Positions 28,706 to 39,511 are shown, numbered from the stretch's first letter. The stretch: 45,634 nucleotides of DNA from Flavobacteriaceae bacterium (GCA_021648195.1 JAKITG010000001.1:1-45634), one strand, 5' to 3'. Notes: generated from the sequence alone by a model not told the origin. Numbers and translations: made by a program.

Positions 28706-29939
28706 TTTGTGCTTCTAAATTTAATAATTCATCAAATTCAGTATTAATAATTTCAGAAGCATTATCTAAATCGTCTAAATTAATAATACAATCTTCTACA
28801 TTTACTAAAGGCTTAGCTTTTCCATCATTTAAGTAATAAACAGAAATATTATTTACATCAATCCAATGTTTTTTTGATATAATTTTACTGACTTCTTTTT
28901 CATATTTTCCATTTTCAGCTGTGCCAATTTTATGAGCGTAAATTAAATTACTCAATGTTGTTAAAATATATGGGCTATGCGTTGGTAAAATAAATTGATT
29001 GTTATTCTTTCCTACATATTCTACTAAAAATTCAACTAATTTTTTTTGTGTAGTAGGAAATAAATTTTGTTCTGGTTCTTCAATGATAAAAGTCCTTTCT
29101 CTTTTATCAAACTCACTATAAAACCTTATTGCTAAAACTATCGGGATGGTTGACTGAAAACCACTTGCACCATCGTGTAAAGTATAATAGTTATTTTCGT
29201 TATCCTTTTTAATATGACCTAAACCACTTTGGTTTTTGTAAGTTAATGATAATGGTTTTATTTCCATTTCAACATTAAATCCTCTAGTTATTCTTCTTAA
29301 TTTCGATAATTCATCTTGCAATGCATCAGAAATAAGCAAATCTTTTCCTAACGACAATGATTGCACTCCTCTTTCTGTTGGAATATACAAAGGATTATCC
29401 ATCACTTTTTTTACATTTAATCTGTAAAAATTTTCATTAGGAGACCAGTTATATCCAAAATTTTTTATATTCCCTTCTTCTAAATCTTTTAATTCATCAA
29501 CTTTTAAGCTCTGTAACTGATCTAATAATTTTTTAAAAGATTTTGATTTATCTATAATTTTGGTTTCTGTTTCAAAAAATTCTTTTTTTAAATCATTTGT
29601 TCCAACAACACTTTCGTATTCAATTACTAATTTATTCTTGAATTCAAATTTATATAAAGAGTTTATATAAGTTATTTCAGAATCTTTAGATAGATAAGTA
29701 TCAATTCCCCAATTTCTTAATCCTTTTAAAAATTGTTCATTATTGTTGAATACATTTTGTTTGTCAATTTCAATAGTATAATTAACAATATAAGAAAAAT
29801 ACCTGCAAATAGCCAAAACCTTAGCAATCGTACTTTTACCTGTAGCTTGATCACCAATAAGTACGGTAATTTTACCCAAATCTAAATCTATAGATTTAAT
29901 AGGTCCAAAGTTTTTTATGATTAACCTTTCTCTGCTCAT
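28698..29939 (-). CDS. ABC-type ATPase (AAA_15/AAA_21, AbiEii/RloA-like)
   Basis: IKNFGPI start, Walker A GDQATGKST, YIPTER, signature ASGFQS, Walker B/D-loop FIIEEPEQNLFP, H-loop THSPY; no TM segments and no TOPRIM tail. Confidence 0.9.
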   Translation of the reverse strand: MSRERLIIKNFGPIKSIDLDLGKITVLIGDQATGKSTIAKVLAICRYFSYIVNYTIEIDKQNVFNNNEQFLKGLRNWGIDTYLSKDSEITYINSLYKFEFKNKLVIEYESVVGTNDLKKEFFETETKIIDKSKSFKKLLDQLQSLKVDELKDLEEGNIKNFGYNWSPNENFYRLNVKKVMDNPLYIPTERGVQSLSLGKDLLISDALQDELSKLRRITRGFNVEMEIKPLSLTYKNQSGLGHIKKDNENNYYTLHDGASGFQSTIPIVLAIRFYSEFDKRERTFIIEEPEQNLFPTTQKKLVEFLVEYVGKNNNQFILPTHSPYILTTLSNLIYAHKIGTAENGKYEKEVSKIISKKHWIDVNNISVYYLNDGKAKPLVNVEDCIINLDDLDNASEIINTEFDELLNLEAQND

Positions 29940-29959
29940 TGGTTACAAAATTAACATAT

Positions 29960-31975
29960 TTACTTATAACTCCGAGTTTTCAACTCAATATCCTTAAATT
30001 CTAATTCCTCTTTGTGCAACACCGCATCACTTGGTTCGCCTTTATATTCCCAGGCAGCAACATAAGCATAGTCTTTATCATTTCGCAATGCTTCTCCTTT
30101 TTGAGGTCCATCAGTTTCAACCGATTCTTCTCTAAAATGTCCGCCACAAGATTCGTTTCTATCTAAAGCATCTAACGCAAATAATTCGCCTAACTCTAAG
30201 AAATCAGCAACTCTTCCTGCTTTTTCTAATTCTTGATTAAATTCATTTAAACTTCCTGGAACTTTTACATTTTTCCAAAAATCTGCTCTTATTTCTTTTA
30301 TTTCTGAAATGGCTTCTTTTAAATGTTTCTCATTTCGTGCCATTCCAACTTTTTCCCACATTACTTTCCCTAATTTTTTATGAAAATAATCTACAGAATG
30401 TGTTCCTTTATTATTAATAAAGAAATCTAAACGTTCTTTTACTTCTTTTTCGGCTTCTTCAAATTCTTTGGTTTCGGTAGAAATTTCTCCTGTTCTAATA
30501 TCATCCGATAAATAATCGCCAATTGTATAAGGTAACACAAAATAACCGTCTGCCAAACCTTGCATTAATGCCGATGCTCCCAATCTATTTGCTCCGTGAT
30601 CAGAGAAATTTGCTTCGCCAATGCAATACAAACCATTTACGGTTGTCATTAAGTTATAGTCAACCCAAACGCCGCCCATTGTGTAGTGCGTTGCAGGATA
30701 AATCATCATGGGTGTTTTGTATGGATTTTCGGCAACAATTTTTTCGTACATTTGGAATAAATTTCCGTATTTTTCTTCAATTACGACTTCTCCTAATTCT
30801 AGGATTTTTTTCTTTGACGGGTTTTTATCACCATTTAATAAGGCTTGTTCTTTACCATATCTATTAATTGCCGATGCAAAGTCTAAATAAACGGCTTCGC
30901 CTGTTTTATTTACGCCAAAACCTGCATCGCAACGTTCTTTTGCGGCTCTTGAGGCAACATCTCGTGGTACTAAATTACCAAAAGCAGGATAACGTCTTTC
31001 TAAATAATAATCTCTATTTTCTTCAGTGATTTGTGTTGGTTTTAATTTTCCTTCTCTAATTGCGGTAACATCTTCTGTGTGTTTTGGCACCCAAATTCGT
31101 CCGTCATTACGTAATGATTCGGACATTAAAGTTAGTTTTGATTGATAATCGCCACTTCTTGGAATACACGTTGGATGAATTTGTGTATAACACGGATTTG
31201 CGAAAAACGCTCCTTTTTTATGTATTTTCCATGCAGCAGTTGTGTTTGATCCCATTGCATTGGTCGATAAAAAATACACGTTTCCATAACCTCCAGAAGC
31301 AATAACAACAGCGTGTGCTGAATGCCTTTCTATTTCGCCAGTAATTAAATTTCGAGCTATAATTCCTCGTGCTTTTCCATCAACAAGTACAACATCAAGC
31401 ATTTCGTGGCGGTTGTGCATTTGTATTTTTCCACGTGCAATTTGTCGGTTCATTGCAGAATATGCTCCTAAAAGTAACTGTTGTCCTGTTTGTCCTTTGG
31501 CATAAAATGTACGAGAAACTAAAACGCCACCAAAAGAACGATTGTCTAACAAACCACCATAATCTCTTGCAAACGGAACTCCTTGCGCCACACATTGATC
31601 AATAATATTTCCTGAAACTTCAGCAAGACGATGTACGTTTGCTTCCCGAGAACGATAATCGCCACCTTTTACAGTATCATAAAATAAACGATAATTTGAA
31701 TCGCCATCGCCCATATAGTTTTTAGCAGCATTTATTCCGCCTTGAGCGGCAATAGAATGTGCTCTACGTGGTGAATCTTGATAGGCAAATGCTTTTACAT
31801 TATAACCCAATTCTGCTAAGGTTGCGGCGGCAGAACCTCCTGCCAAACCTGTACCAATAACAATAATATCAATATTGCGTTTATTGGCTGGGTTAACCAA
31901 ATCAATTTTATCTTTATAGGTTGTCCACTTGTCAGCAATAGGACCTTTTGGAACTTTTGAATCTAATTTTGCCAT
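29960..31975 (-). CDS. sdhA: Succinate dehydrogenase/fumarate reductase flavoprotein subunit
   Basis: [18 protein letters not shown] (FAD-His), [34 protein letters not shown] motifs. Confidence 0.97.
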   Translation of the reverse strand: MAKLDSKVPKGPIADKWTTYKDKIDLVNPANKRNIDIIVIGTGLAGGSAAATLAELGYNVKAFAYQDSPRRAHSIAAQGGINAAKNYMGDGDSNYRLFYDTVKGGDYRSREANVHRLAEVSGNIIDQCVAQGVPFARDYGGLLDNRSFGGVLVSRTFYAKGQTGQQLLLGAYSAMNRQIARGKIQMHNRHEMLDVVLVDGKARGIIARNLITGEIERHSAHAVVIASGGYGNVYFLSTNAMGSNTTAAWKIHKKGAFFANPCYTQIHPTCIPRSGDYQSKLTLMSESLRNDGRIWVPKHTEDVTAIREGKLKPTQITEENRDYYLERRYPAFGNLVPRDVASRAAKERCDAGFGVNKTGEAVYLDFASAINRYGKEQALLNGDKNPSKKKILELGEVVIEEKYGNLFQMYEKIVAENPYKTPMMIYPATHYTMGGVWVDYNLMTTVNGLYCIGEANFSDHGANRLGASALMQGLADGYFVLPYTIGDYLSDDIRTGEISTETKEFEEAEKEVKERLDFFINNKGTHSVDYFHKKLGKVMWEKVGMARNEKHLKEAISEIKEIRADFWKNVKVPGSLNEFNQELEKAGRVADFLELGELFALDALDRNESCGGHFREESVETDGPQKGEALRNDKDYAYVAAWEYKGEPSDAVLHKEELEFKDIELKTRSYK

Positions 31976-31981
31976 ACTATC

Positions 31982-32659
31982 TTAATGATTAAAATGATGA
32001 AAAAGTGCAATAAAAATGAATCCTAATGGAATTAAAATAGCGTAGGCTTTTCCAAAAGTCTTCAATCCATTTGTATATTTATTATTTGCGCCCATTGATT
32101 GAAATGCAGAGTTAAATCCATGTAATAAGTGCAATGCCAAAAACACAAATGCAATTACATACGCGCCAACTCTCAAAGGACTTATAAATTTATGTTGCAA
32201 TTCTTCAAAATAACGATATCCTTCTCCGTCTGCCAATAATCCCGACATATCGCCTTGAATATATTTTACATTTATTTCTGGAATCCAAAAATCTATAAAA
32301 TGTAATATCATAAATACCAATATCACTAAACCAGAATAAATCATATTTCTACTCATCCAAGTAGCGTTTGCAGCGCCATTATCTTTGTAATATTTAACGC
32401 CTTGTGCTTTTTTATTTTTTATTTCTAATACAAAACCCATCACAAAATGAAAAATAACTCCAAACAGCAAAACTGGTTGTATTACATATTGTATTAAAGG
32501 ATTTGTTCCCATAAAATGAGATACTTCATTAAAAATAGCAGCACTAAAAACAGAAAGAATGTTTATAGCAAAATGCTGTAATAAGAAAAACATTAGAAAA
32601 AATGCCGAAAGTGCCATAGCATATTTTCTAGCAAGTGATGAAGATAAAAGTCCGCTCAT
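31982..32659 (-). CDS. sdhC: Succinate dehydrogenase cytochrome b subunit (single, di-haem type anchor)
   Basis: Five TM segments with haem-ligand His (LQHF, IFHF, ILHF, LHLLHG); directly upstream of sdhA. Confidence 0.93.
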   Translation of the reverse strand: MSGLLSSSLARKYAMALSAFFLMFFLLQHFAINILSVFSAAIFNEVSHFMGTNPLIQYVIQPVLLFGVIFHFVMGFVLEIKNKKAQGVKYYKDNGAANATWMSRNMIYSGLVILVFMILHFIDFWIPEINVKYIQGDMSGLLADGEGYRYFEELQHKFISPLRVGAYVIAFVFLALHLLHGFNSAFQSMGANNKYTNGLKTFGKAYAILIPLGFIFIALFHHFNH

Positions 32660-32685
32660 TTTTAGGTTAATTAATTATTTAACTT

Positions 32686-32693
32686 CAAAGGTA
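32686..32693 (-). promoter_or_regulatory. Bacteroidota -7 box (TACCTTTG) for sdhCAB
   Basis: CAAAGGTA on + strand, 26 nt upstream of the sdhC ATG. Confidence 0.6.
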
Positions 32694-32730
32694 CTACTTC
32701 AATCTTTTAAATAAAACATTATTTTAATTG

Positions 32731-32769
32731 AATCTTTCTAATTCTTTATAATTTAGAAAGATTATAAAT
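32731..32769. promoter_or_regulatory. Inverted repeat / Fur-box-like operator between sdhC and the ECF sigma gene
   Basis: Perfect 11-bp IR AATCTTTCTAA (32731-32741) / TTAGAAAGATT (32753-32763); ATTTAGAAAGATTATAAAT (32751-32769) resembles the palindrome ATTTAGAATnATTCTAAAT. Confidence 0.45.
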
Positions 32770-32860
32770 ACAAAGAAAAAGAGTAATTAAATTTAAAAGT
32801 AATATTACCCTTCTTATCTACAATTAATTATATTTACAATTCTTAAAAGCTAAAGAATAA

Positions 32861-33430
32861 ATGCCAAATAACAAAAAGCATATGTTAAACCCTAACAAAT
32901 GGGTTGAGTTATATGCTGATTATTTATACAATTATACGATTACAAGAGTATCTGATTCAGATTTGGCAAAAGATTTGGTACAGGAAACATTTTTTTCTGG
33001 TTTAAAAGGAAAAGAGAATTTTAGAGGGCAAGCTTCTGAACGAACGTGGTTAATTTCTATATTAAAACGAAAAATAATTGATCACTACAGAAAAATTAAT
33101 TCTGTAAAAGGGCAAAAAGAGGTTAGGGTTAATTTTTATGACGAAGGTGAAAATAAAGGAAGCTGGATAGAAGAACGTGTTCCTGTTTCTTGGGGAAATG
33201 AAGCAGAAATGAATATTGAAAATGCAGAATTAAAAAGTGCAATTGACGTTTGTATAGATTTTCTTCCCGAAAAATACAGAATAGTTTTTTTATTAAAAAC
33301 GGTTGAAGATTATGAAACAGAAGAAATATGTAATGAGTTGGATATAACTGCGTCAAATTTATGGGTAATTATACACAGAGCAAGACATCAGCTAAGAAAA
33401 TGTTTAGAAGAAAATTGGTTTGCAAAATAG
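32861..33430 (+). CDS. ECF sigma-70 factor
   Basis: Region 2 DLVQETF...WLISILKRK; region 4 LPEKYR.VF.L...EEIC.EL.I...N..V..HRAR. Confidence 0.93.
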   Translation: MPNNKKHMLNPNKWVELYADYLYNYTITRVSDSDLAKDLVQETFFSGLKGKENFRGQASERTWLISILKRKIIDHYRKINSVKGQKEVRVNFYDEGENKGSWIEERVPVSWGNEAEMNIENAELKSAIDVCIDFLPEKYRIVFLLKTVEDYETEEICNELDITASNLWVIIHRARHQLRKCLEENWFAK

Positions 33431-33436
33431 AGCTTT

Positions 33437-33700
33437 ATGAGTAACAAATTTTTTATTAATTGCGATGATGCAACAATGATTTGTGATAAGAGTCAGTATG
33501 AAGAAGCTTCAACTTGGGGTAAAATTAAACTATGGGTTCATTTGTTAATGTGTAAATATTGTAGAGTATATTCTTCTCAAAATAATTTGATTACCATTAT
33601 GTTAGGAAAACATTTAAACCCTTGTGATGGCTTGAAGCATTTAACCCCTGAAGAAAAAAAGCAAATAGAGAATAATTTAAACCAAAAATTGGAAAGGTAA
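33437..33700 (+). CDS. Soluble zinc-binding anti-sigma factor (ZAS/zf-HC2-like)
   Basis: N-terminal Cys plus HLLMCKYC (HxxxCxxC); starts 6 nt after the ECF gene. Confidence 0.75.
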   Translation: MSNKFFINCDDATMICDKSQYEEASTWGKIKLWVHLLMCKYCRVYSSQNNLITIMLGKHLNPCDGLKHLTPEEKKQIENNLNQKLER

Positions 33701-33727
33701 TTTTGACAGCTCCAATTTTTATAATTT

Positions 33728-34369
33728 ATGAACTTTTTACCAGAAAACATAGACCAATACATTTTAAAGCATACCGAAGACGAACCCAAATTATTACAAA
33801 ATCTTAATAAAGAAACATGGCAAAAAATAATGGTTCCACGTATGTTAAGTGGTCATTATCAGGGAAGAGTTTTGTCAATGATTTCAAAATTAATCCAGCC
33901 TAAAACAATTTTGGAAATAGGAACTTACACGGGTTATTCTGCTTTATGCTTAGCTGAAGGATTAAAAAAAGAAGGAATATTACATACTATTGATTGTAAT
34001 GAAGAATTGGTTGGTTTTCAAAAGAAATATTTTGACAAATCAGATTATAAAGGCAATATCAAACAACATTTAGGAAATGCTTTGGATATTTTACCAACAC
34101 TTAATGAAAAATTTGATTTGGTTTTTATTGATGCAGATAAAATTAATTATGTTAATTATTTTTATCTGATAATTGATAAGATGAATAAAGGCGGTGTTAT
34201 ATTATCTGATAATGTTTTATGGAGCGGAAAAGTTGCCGAAAACCCAAAACCTAAAGATTTAGATACAATTGCTTTAATTGAATATAATAAATTACTTAAA
34301 AATGATGATCGAATTGAAACTGTATTATTGCCAATTCGTGATGGTTTGACTATAAGTCGGGTTAGGTAA
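33728..34369 (+). CDS. SAM-dependent O-methyltransferase (CCoAOMT/COMT-like)
   Basis: LEIGTYTGYS, FDLVFIDADK, DNVLWSG, LPIRDGL motifs. Confidence 0.93.
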   Translation: MNFLPENIDQYILKHTEDEPKLLQNLNKETWQKIMVPRMLSGHYQGRVLSMISKLIQPKTILEIGTYTGYSALCLAEGLKKEGILHTIDCNEELVGFQKKYFDKSDYKGNIKQHLGNALDILPTLNEKFDLVFIDADKINYVNYFYLIIDKMNKGGVILSDNVLWSGKVAENPKPKDLDTIALIEYNKLLKNDDRIETVLLPIRDGLTISRVR

Positions 34370-34486
34370 GTTTTTTTATATGAAAAATATTTTATGAGCT
34401 AATATGTTTTTACAGGAGTTGCAGCAAGTAACTTATTATCAGTTCAATTACTAACTTATACCAAACGATAAACATAACCTCAAAAA

Positions 34487-35779
34487 TTACTTAACTTTCA
34501 ATAAAAAATAATTTCGTTTTCCTCTTTGTAGCAATATAAATTGATTGGCAATTAAATCATTTGTACTTAAAACAAAATCATCTTTTATTTTTTCTTTATT
34601 TATTGAAATAGAATTTTCTTTTAAAGCTCTTCTGGCTTCACCGTTTGATTTTAAAAATCCAGATTTTTCATTTAAAGCATCAACAATATCAATACCATTT
34701 TCTATATCTTCTTTGGTGATTTCTGCTTGAGGTACTCCTTCAAAAATATCTAAAAAAGTTTGCTCATCTAAAGTTTTTAAATCATCGGCAGTAGATTTTC
34801 CAAATAAAATAGAAGAAGCTTTTAACGCATTTTTATAAGCATCTTTACCGTGAGTCATTATAGTTACTTCTTCGCCTACTTTTTTTTGTAAAATTCGTAA
34901 ATGTGGCGTTTCATTATGCTCAGTAATCAAATTTTCTACAATTTTTTGATCTAAAAAAGTAAAAATTTTAATATAATTTATAGCATCAACATCGCTAGCG
35001 TTTAACCAATATTGGTAAAATTTATAAGGAGAAGTTCTGTTGGCATCTAACCAAATATTACCTCCTTCGGTTTTGCCAAATTTAGTGCCATCGGCTTTTG
35101 TAACTAATGGACTTGTTAAAGCAAAGGCTTTACCTTGAACTTTTCGTCGAATAAGTTCTGTTCCTGTTGTTATATTTCCCCATTGATCGCTTCCTCCAAT
35201 TTGGAGCTTACAATTTTTGTTAGAATATAAGTGTAAAAAATCATACCCTTGAACCAATTGATAAGTAAATTCGGTAAAACTCATTCCTTCATTCGACTCT
35301 GTACTGATTCGATTTTTAACTGAATCTTTTGCCATCATATAATTAACAGTAATGTGTTTACCAATATCACGAGCAAAATCTAAAAAGGAAAGGTTTTTCA
35401 TCCAATCGTAATTGTTAACAATCTCAGCAGCATTACTAGCCGAACTAGAAAAATCAATAAATCGTTCCAATGTTTTTTTAACTCCAGTAATATTTTTATT
35501 TAATATCTCTTCGTTGAGTAAATTCCTTTCTGCCGATTTTCCTGATGGATCTCCAATCATTCCTGTTGCGCCTCCAACCAATGCAATGGGTTTGTGACCA
35601 CATTTTTGAAAATGCATTAGTAAAATAATTTGTACTAAACTACCAATATGTAAAGAATCGGCAGTAGGATCAAAACCAATATATGCCGATGTTTGCTCTT
35701 TTAACAATTGCTCTTCAGTACCGGGCATTATATTATGTATAAGTCCGCGCCAGTTTAATTCTTCAACAAAATTCTTCAT
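34487..35779 (-). CDS. tyrS: Tyrosine--tRNA ligase
   Basis: [31 protein letters not shown] and C-terminal S4 domain; TATATTTG box at 35799-35806. Confidence 0.98.
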   Translation of the reverse strand: MKNFVEELNWRGLIHNIMPGTEEQLLKEQTSAYIGFDPTADSLHIGSLVQIILLMHFQKCGHKPIALVGGATGMIGDPSGKSAERNLLNEEILNKNITGVKKTLERFIDFSSSASNAAEIVNNYDWMKNLSFLDFARDIGKHITVNYMMAKDSVKNRISTESNEGMSFTEFTYQLVQGYDFLHLYSNKNCKLQIGGSDQWGNITTGTELIRRKVQGKAFALTSPLVTKADGTKFGKTEGGNIWLDANRTSPYKFYQYWLNASDVDAINYIKIFTFLDQKIVENLITEHNETPHLRILQKKVGEEVTIMTHGKDAYKNALKASSILFGKSTADDLKTLDEQTFLDIFEGVPQAEITKEDIENGIDIVDALNEKSGFLKSNGEARRALKENSISINKEKIKDDFVLSTNDLIANQFILLQRGKRNYFLLKVK

Positions 35780-35863
35780 TTTTAAAACTAAATTTTGACA
35801 AATATAAAAATCAAATCTGTGAAAATTAGTGTTATTCGGTTCTAATTTATTTATTTTAGCTTT

Positions 35864-36862
35864 ATGATTTTAGTAACTGGAGGTACGGGATTGGTTGGGT
35901 CACACTTATTGTATCATTTACTCTTAGAAAATGATACCGTGAAGGCAATTCATCAAAAAACAAGTGATATCAATACTGTTAAAAAAGTGTTTAGTTATTA
36001 TACTTCTGATTTTGAAAATATTTTTAGTAAAATTACTTGGATTGAAGCTGATTTAAATAATATCCCTGCACTTAAAAATGCTTTTGAATCAGTTATCTAC
36101 GTTTATCATTGTGCTGCTTTAGTTTCTTTTGATTCTGCTGATTATCAAAAAATGCGAAAAATAAATATTGATGGTACGACCAATATTGTCAATTTTTGTA
36201 TATCAAACTCTATCAAAAAACTTTGTTTTGTGAGTTCTGTTGCAGCAATTGAAAAAGATAATAGTTCATTAATTGACGAATCAAAAAATTGGAATAATAC
36301 CCTATCAAAAAATGGATATGCTATTACAAAGCATGGTGCCGAAATGGAAGTTTGGCGAGCAAGTCAGGAAGGAGTTGATGTTATTATAGTAAATCCAGGT
36401 GTAATTTTAGGCTCTGGTTATTGGCAAAAAGGATCGGGAAAAATATTTAAACAAATTTATAATGGTTTTAATTTTTATACCGAAGGTATTACAGGTTTTG
36501 TGGGCGTAAAAGATGTTGTTCAAATTATGCAAAAATTAATGCTAAGCGATATTAAAAATGAACGTTATATTTTGGTTTCTGAAAACGTTTCTTTTAAAGA
36601 GGTGTTTTTTCAAATAGCTGATGTATTTAACAAAAAAAGACCAAGATTTAAAGTAGTTCCTTTTTTGAGTGAAATGGTTTGGAGGTTAGATACACTAAAA
36701 AGCTTTTTTTTTAGAACTCCAGCCTTATTAACCAAAAGTTCGGCAAAATCATCACAGTCAAAAAACTATTTTTCTTCACAAAAAATTATAACCTCTTTGC
36801 CCTATCAATTTGAGTCTATTGAAAAATCAATTCAAGGTGTTTGTAAAGATTTTTTAATGTAG
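35864..36862 (+). CDS. NAD-dependent epimerase/dehydratase (extended SDR)
   Basis: [17 protein letters not shown] (YxxxK) motifs. Confidence 0.9.
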   Translation: MILVTGGTGLVGSHLLYHLLLENDTVKAIHQKTSDINTVKKVFSYYTSDFENIFSKITWIEADLNNIPALKNAFESVIYVYHCAALVSFDSADYQKMRKINIDGTTNIVNFCISNSIKKLCFVSSVAAIEKDNSSLIDESKNWNNTLSKNGYAITKHGAEMEVWRASQEGVDVIIVNPGVILGSGYWQKGSGKIFKQIYNGFNFYTEGITGFVGVKDVVQIMQKLMLSDIKNERYILVSENVSFKEVFFQIADVFNKKRPRFKVVPFLSEMVWRLDTLKSFFFRTPALLTKSSAKSSQSKNYFSSQKIITSLPYQFESIEKSIQGVCKDFLM

Positions 36863-36889
36863 AATATAGTTTAATTGGTATTACAACCT

Positions 36890-37285
36890 CTATTCAACTA
36901 CGAACCCTCTTCCTTTTTCCTCTCTTCTAATATTTTCTTCAAGAGTGTCTTTTTCAATATTGTATTTATCACGTAATGTTTTTAATCGTTTTTCAACTTC
37001 CTTAAACATATTCTCGTATTCAACAATATTTGACATATAATAAGTATTATTATTTGCAAACTGGGTACTATCAATTTTATATTTTTCAAAAACTAATCCC
37101 ATATAATTTTTATTCTTCTCTAAGTTTTTATCTTTAATATTGCGAGAACTTGTAGCAATGTGAAGATCGGTTAATAAATCGATCATTTGTTCTTTAGAAA
37201 TAAGGCTTTCAGGCTCTTTAAATTTTGTCTTACTTTCACAAGAAAGAAATAAAACAAAGAGAGTTATAAATATTATATATTTCAT
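36890..37285 (-). CDS. DUF4296-like lipoprotein
   Basis: Lipobox FLSC; P..LI.KEQM.D.L.DLH and FEKYKIDSTQF patterns; downstream of pyrC. Confidence 0.75.
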   Translation of the reverse strand: MKYIIFITLFVLFLSCESKTKFKEPESLISKEQMIDLLTDLHIATSSRNIKDKNLEKNKNYMGLVFEKYKIDSTQFANNNTYYMSNIVEYENMFKEVEKRLKTLRDKYNIEKDTLEENIRREEKGRGFVVE

Positions 37286-37294
37286 CTGTTTGTA

Positions 37295-38635
37295 TTACCT
37301 GTTAAATAATAGTCTTTTACCTTTAATTTTATCGTTAAAATTACCTTGATTAAAAATCAAATTTCCATTTACAAAAGTATGGGTAATTGTTGTGTGAAAT
37401 GTTGTTCCTTCAAAAGGAGACCAACCACATTTGTACAAAATATTATCTTTGGTTACTAGCTGACTTTTATTTGTGTCAACTAAAACCAAATCGGCATAAA
37501 AACCTTTTTTGATATAACCACGTTTTTCAATTTTAAAAATTTTAGAGGGATTGTGACACATTTTTTCAACTACCTTTTCTAAGGTAATTTTTTTATTTTT
37601 AACAGCTTCCATCATTGCCAAAAGACCGTGCTGAACCAAAGGACCGCCACTTGGAGCCTTTGTATAAGATTGTTGTTTTTCTTCTATTGTATGTGGCGCA
37701 TGATCTGTAGCAATAATATCTAATCTATCATCGAGTAATGCTTCCCATAAACCTTGTTTATCTTTGGCTGTTTTTACTGCTGGATTCCACTTAATTAATG
37801 TGCCTTTTTTTGCATAATCGGTATCATCAAACCATAAATGATGGATACAAACTTCAGCAGTTATTTGTTTTTCCTCTAAAGGAATTTTATTTGTAAAAAG
37901 ATTTGTTTCTTTTGCGGTTGAAATATGAAATACATGGAGTCTAGCTCCTGTTTTTTTCGCTAATGCGATAGTTTTTGAAGATGAAATGTAACAAGCTTCT
38001 TCACTTCTTATTTTTGGATGCAATTCTATGGGAATATTATCACCATAAATTAGCTTTTGCTTGTCTAAATTATTTTTTATAGTTGTTTCATCTTCACAAT
38101 GAACTGAGATTAACATTTTGGTAGAGGAGAATATTTTTTCTAAAACCTCTTCATTATCTACCAACATATTACCAGTAGAAGACCCTAAAAAAAGTTTGAT
38201 TCCAGCAACATTTTTTGGGTTTGTTTTAAGCAATTCTTCTAAATTAGTATTTGTTCCACCAAACATAAATGAGTAATTGGCATAAGAATTTTTTGCTGCA
38301 ATTTTAAACTTATTTTCTAATAATTCTTGGGTAGTGCTTTGTGGAACTGTATTTGGCATTTCTATAAATGAAGTAATTCCTCCAGCTACAGCCGCTCTAG
38401 ATTCTGTAGCAATATCAGCTTTATGTATTAGGCCAGGTTCACGAAAATGAACTTGATCATCAATAATACCAGGTAATAAAAATTTTCCTTCAGCATTAAT
38501 AATCATTGTTTTTTCAGAATAATTATTAATATTTTCATCAATATTAATAATTATTTCTCCTTCAATTAAAACATCTTTTTTTGATATTTTACCTTCATTT
38601 ACGACTAGTGCATTTTTTATAATTATCGAATTCAT
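37295..38635 (-). CDS. pyrC: Dihydroorotase
   Basis: PGIIDDQVHFREPG, EMPNT, HCED, HIST, KWNP, ATDHAPH motifs. Confidence 0.93.
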   Translation of the reverse strand: MNSIIIKNALVVNEGKISKKDVLIEGEIIINIDENINNYSEKTMIINAEGKFLLPGIIDDQVHFREPGLIHKADIATESRAAVAGGITSFIEMPNTVPQSTTQELLENKFKIAAKNSYANYSFMFGGTNTNLEELLKTNPKNVAGIKLFLGSSTGNMLVDNEEVLEKIFSSTKMLISVHCEDETTIKNNLDKQKLIYGDNIPIELHPKIRSEEACYISSSKTIALAKKTGARLHVFHISTAKETNLFTNKIPLEEKQITAEVCIHHLWFDDTDYAKKGTLIKWNPAVKTAKDKQGLWEALLDDRLDIIATDHAPHTIEEKQQSYTKAPSGGPLVQHGLLAMMEAVKNKKITLEKVVEKMCHNPSKIFKIEKRGYIKKGFYADLVLVDTNKSQLVTKDNILYKCGWSPFEGTTFHTTITHTFVNGNLIFNQGNFNDKIKGKRLLFNR

Positions 38636-38640
38636 ATCTA

Positions 38641-39366
38641 TTATTGCTTTGGTAAACCTTTTAATGTCATTTTTATCACTCCAAATATAGCTTCACTAAT
38701 GATTGAACCATCCATTTTTGATTTTCCTAGAGTTCTATCAGTAAAAATTACAGGAACTTCTATAAGTTTAAATCCATGTTTCCAAGCTTTAAACTTCATT
38801 TCTATTTGAAATGCATAACCAATAAAATGAATATCATCAAATTTTATTTTTTCTAATACTTTTCTTTTGTAACATATAAATCCAGCAGTAGTATCATTAA
38901 TAGGAATTCTTGTAATAAAACGCACATACTTAGATGCAAAATAAGACAACATAATACGTTTAAAGTCCCAATTAACAACACTTATTGTATTATTTACATA
39001 ACGAGAACCTACTGCTGCATCTGCTCCCTCATTTGCACATGCATTATACAGCCTTATTAAATCTTTTGGATTGTGTGAAAAATCGGCATCCATTTCAATA
39101 ATATAAGTATAATCTCTTTTAAGAGCCCATTTAAAACCATGAATATAAGCAGCACCTAAGCCTTTTTTTTCTTTTCGAATTTCTAAAAACAGATTGTTTG
39201 GAAATTCTTTTTGAAGTGTTTTGATTATTGTATTAGTTCCATCAGGAGAACTATCATCAACAACTAAAATATCAAAGATCTTCTTTTGAGAAAAGGTCTT
39301 TCGAACAATCTTTTCGATATTTTCCTTTTCATTAAAAGTAGGAATAATAACCAGAGTATCTTGCAT
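38641..39366 (-). CDS. Polyprenol monophosphomannose synthase (GT2, Dpm1-like)
   Basis: IIPTFNE, VDDSSPDGT, EMDADFSH, GSRY, F.DR..G.SKM. The ATG at 39366 is preferred over the GTG at 39384. Confidence 0.9.
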   Translation of the reverse strand: MQDTLVIIPTFNEKENIEKIVRKTFSQKKIFDILVVDDSSPDGTNTIIKTLQKEFPNNLFLEIRKEKKGLGAAYIHGFKWALKRDYTYIIEMDADFSHNPKDLIRLYNACANEGADAAVGSRYVNNTISVVNWDFKRIMLSYFASKYVRFITRIPINDTTAGFICYKRKVLEKIKFDDIHFIGYAFQIEMKFKAWKHGFKLIEVPVIFTDRTLGKSKMDGSIISEAIFGVIKMTLKGLPKQ

Positions 39367-39511
39367 AATTTTTTTTTGGTACACTGTGTGTTCTGTAAAT
39401 TTATTAAATCTGTGCTAGTAAAAACAGATTAACCTTTTAAAGAGTTTATAAGAAATCTAAGAAGGCAAAGATAATACAAATTATTGCTACTTTTGTAATT
39501 CTATTTTATAG

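Noticed and set aside
29960-31975. Higher GC in sdhA as a sign of horizontal transfer
   Set aside because: Explained by Gly/Ala/Arg content and high-expression codon use; not quantified.
34400-34480. Possible decayed attC-like site (GCTAAT...ATACCAAACGATAAAC)
   Set aside because: Both putative core sites are mismatched and no convincing stem is visible.
37295-38635. QxH instead of HxH in dihydroorotase (DQVH)
   Set aside because: From recall this is the usual form in this subfamily, not a lesion.
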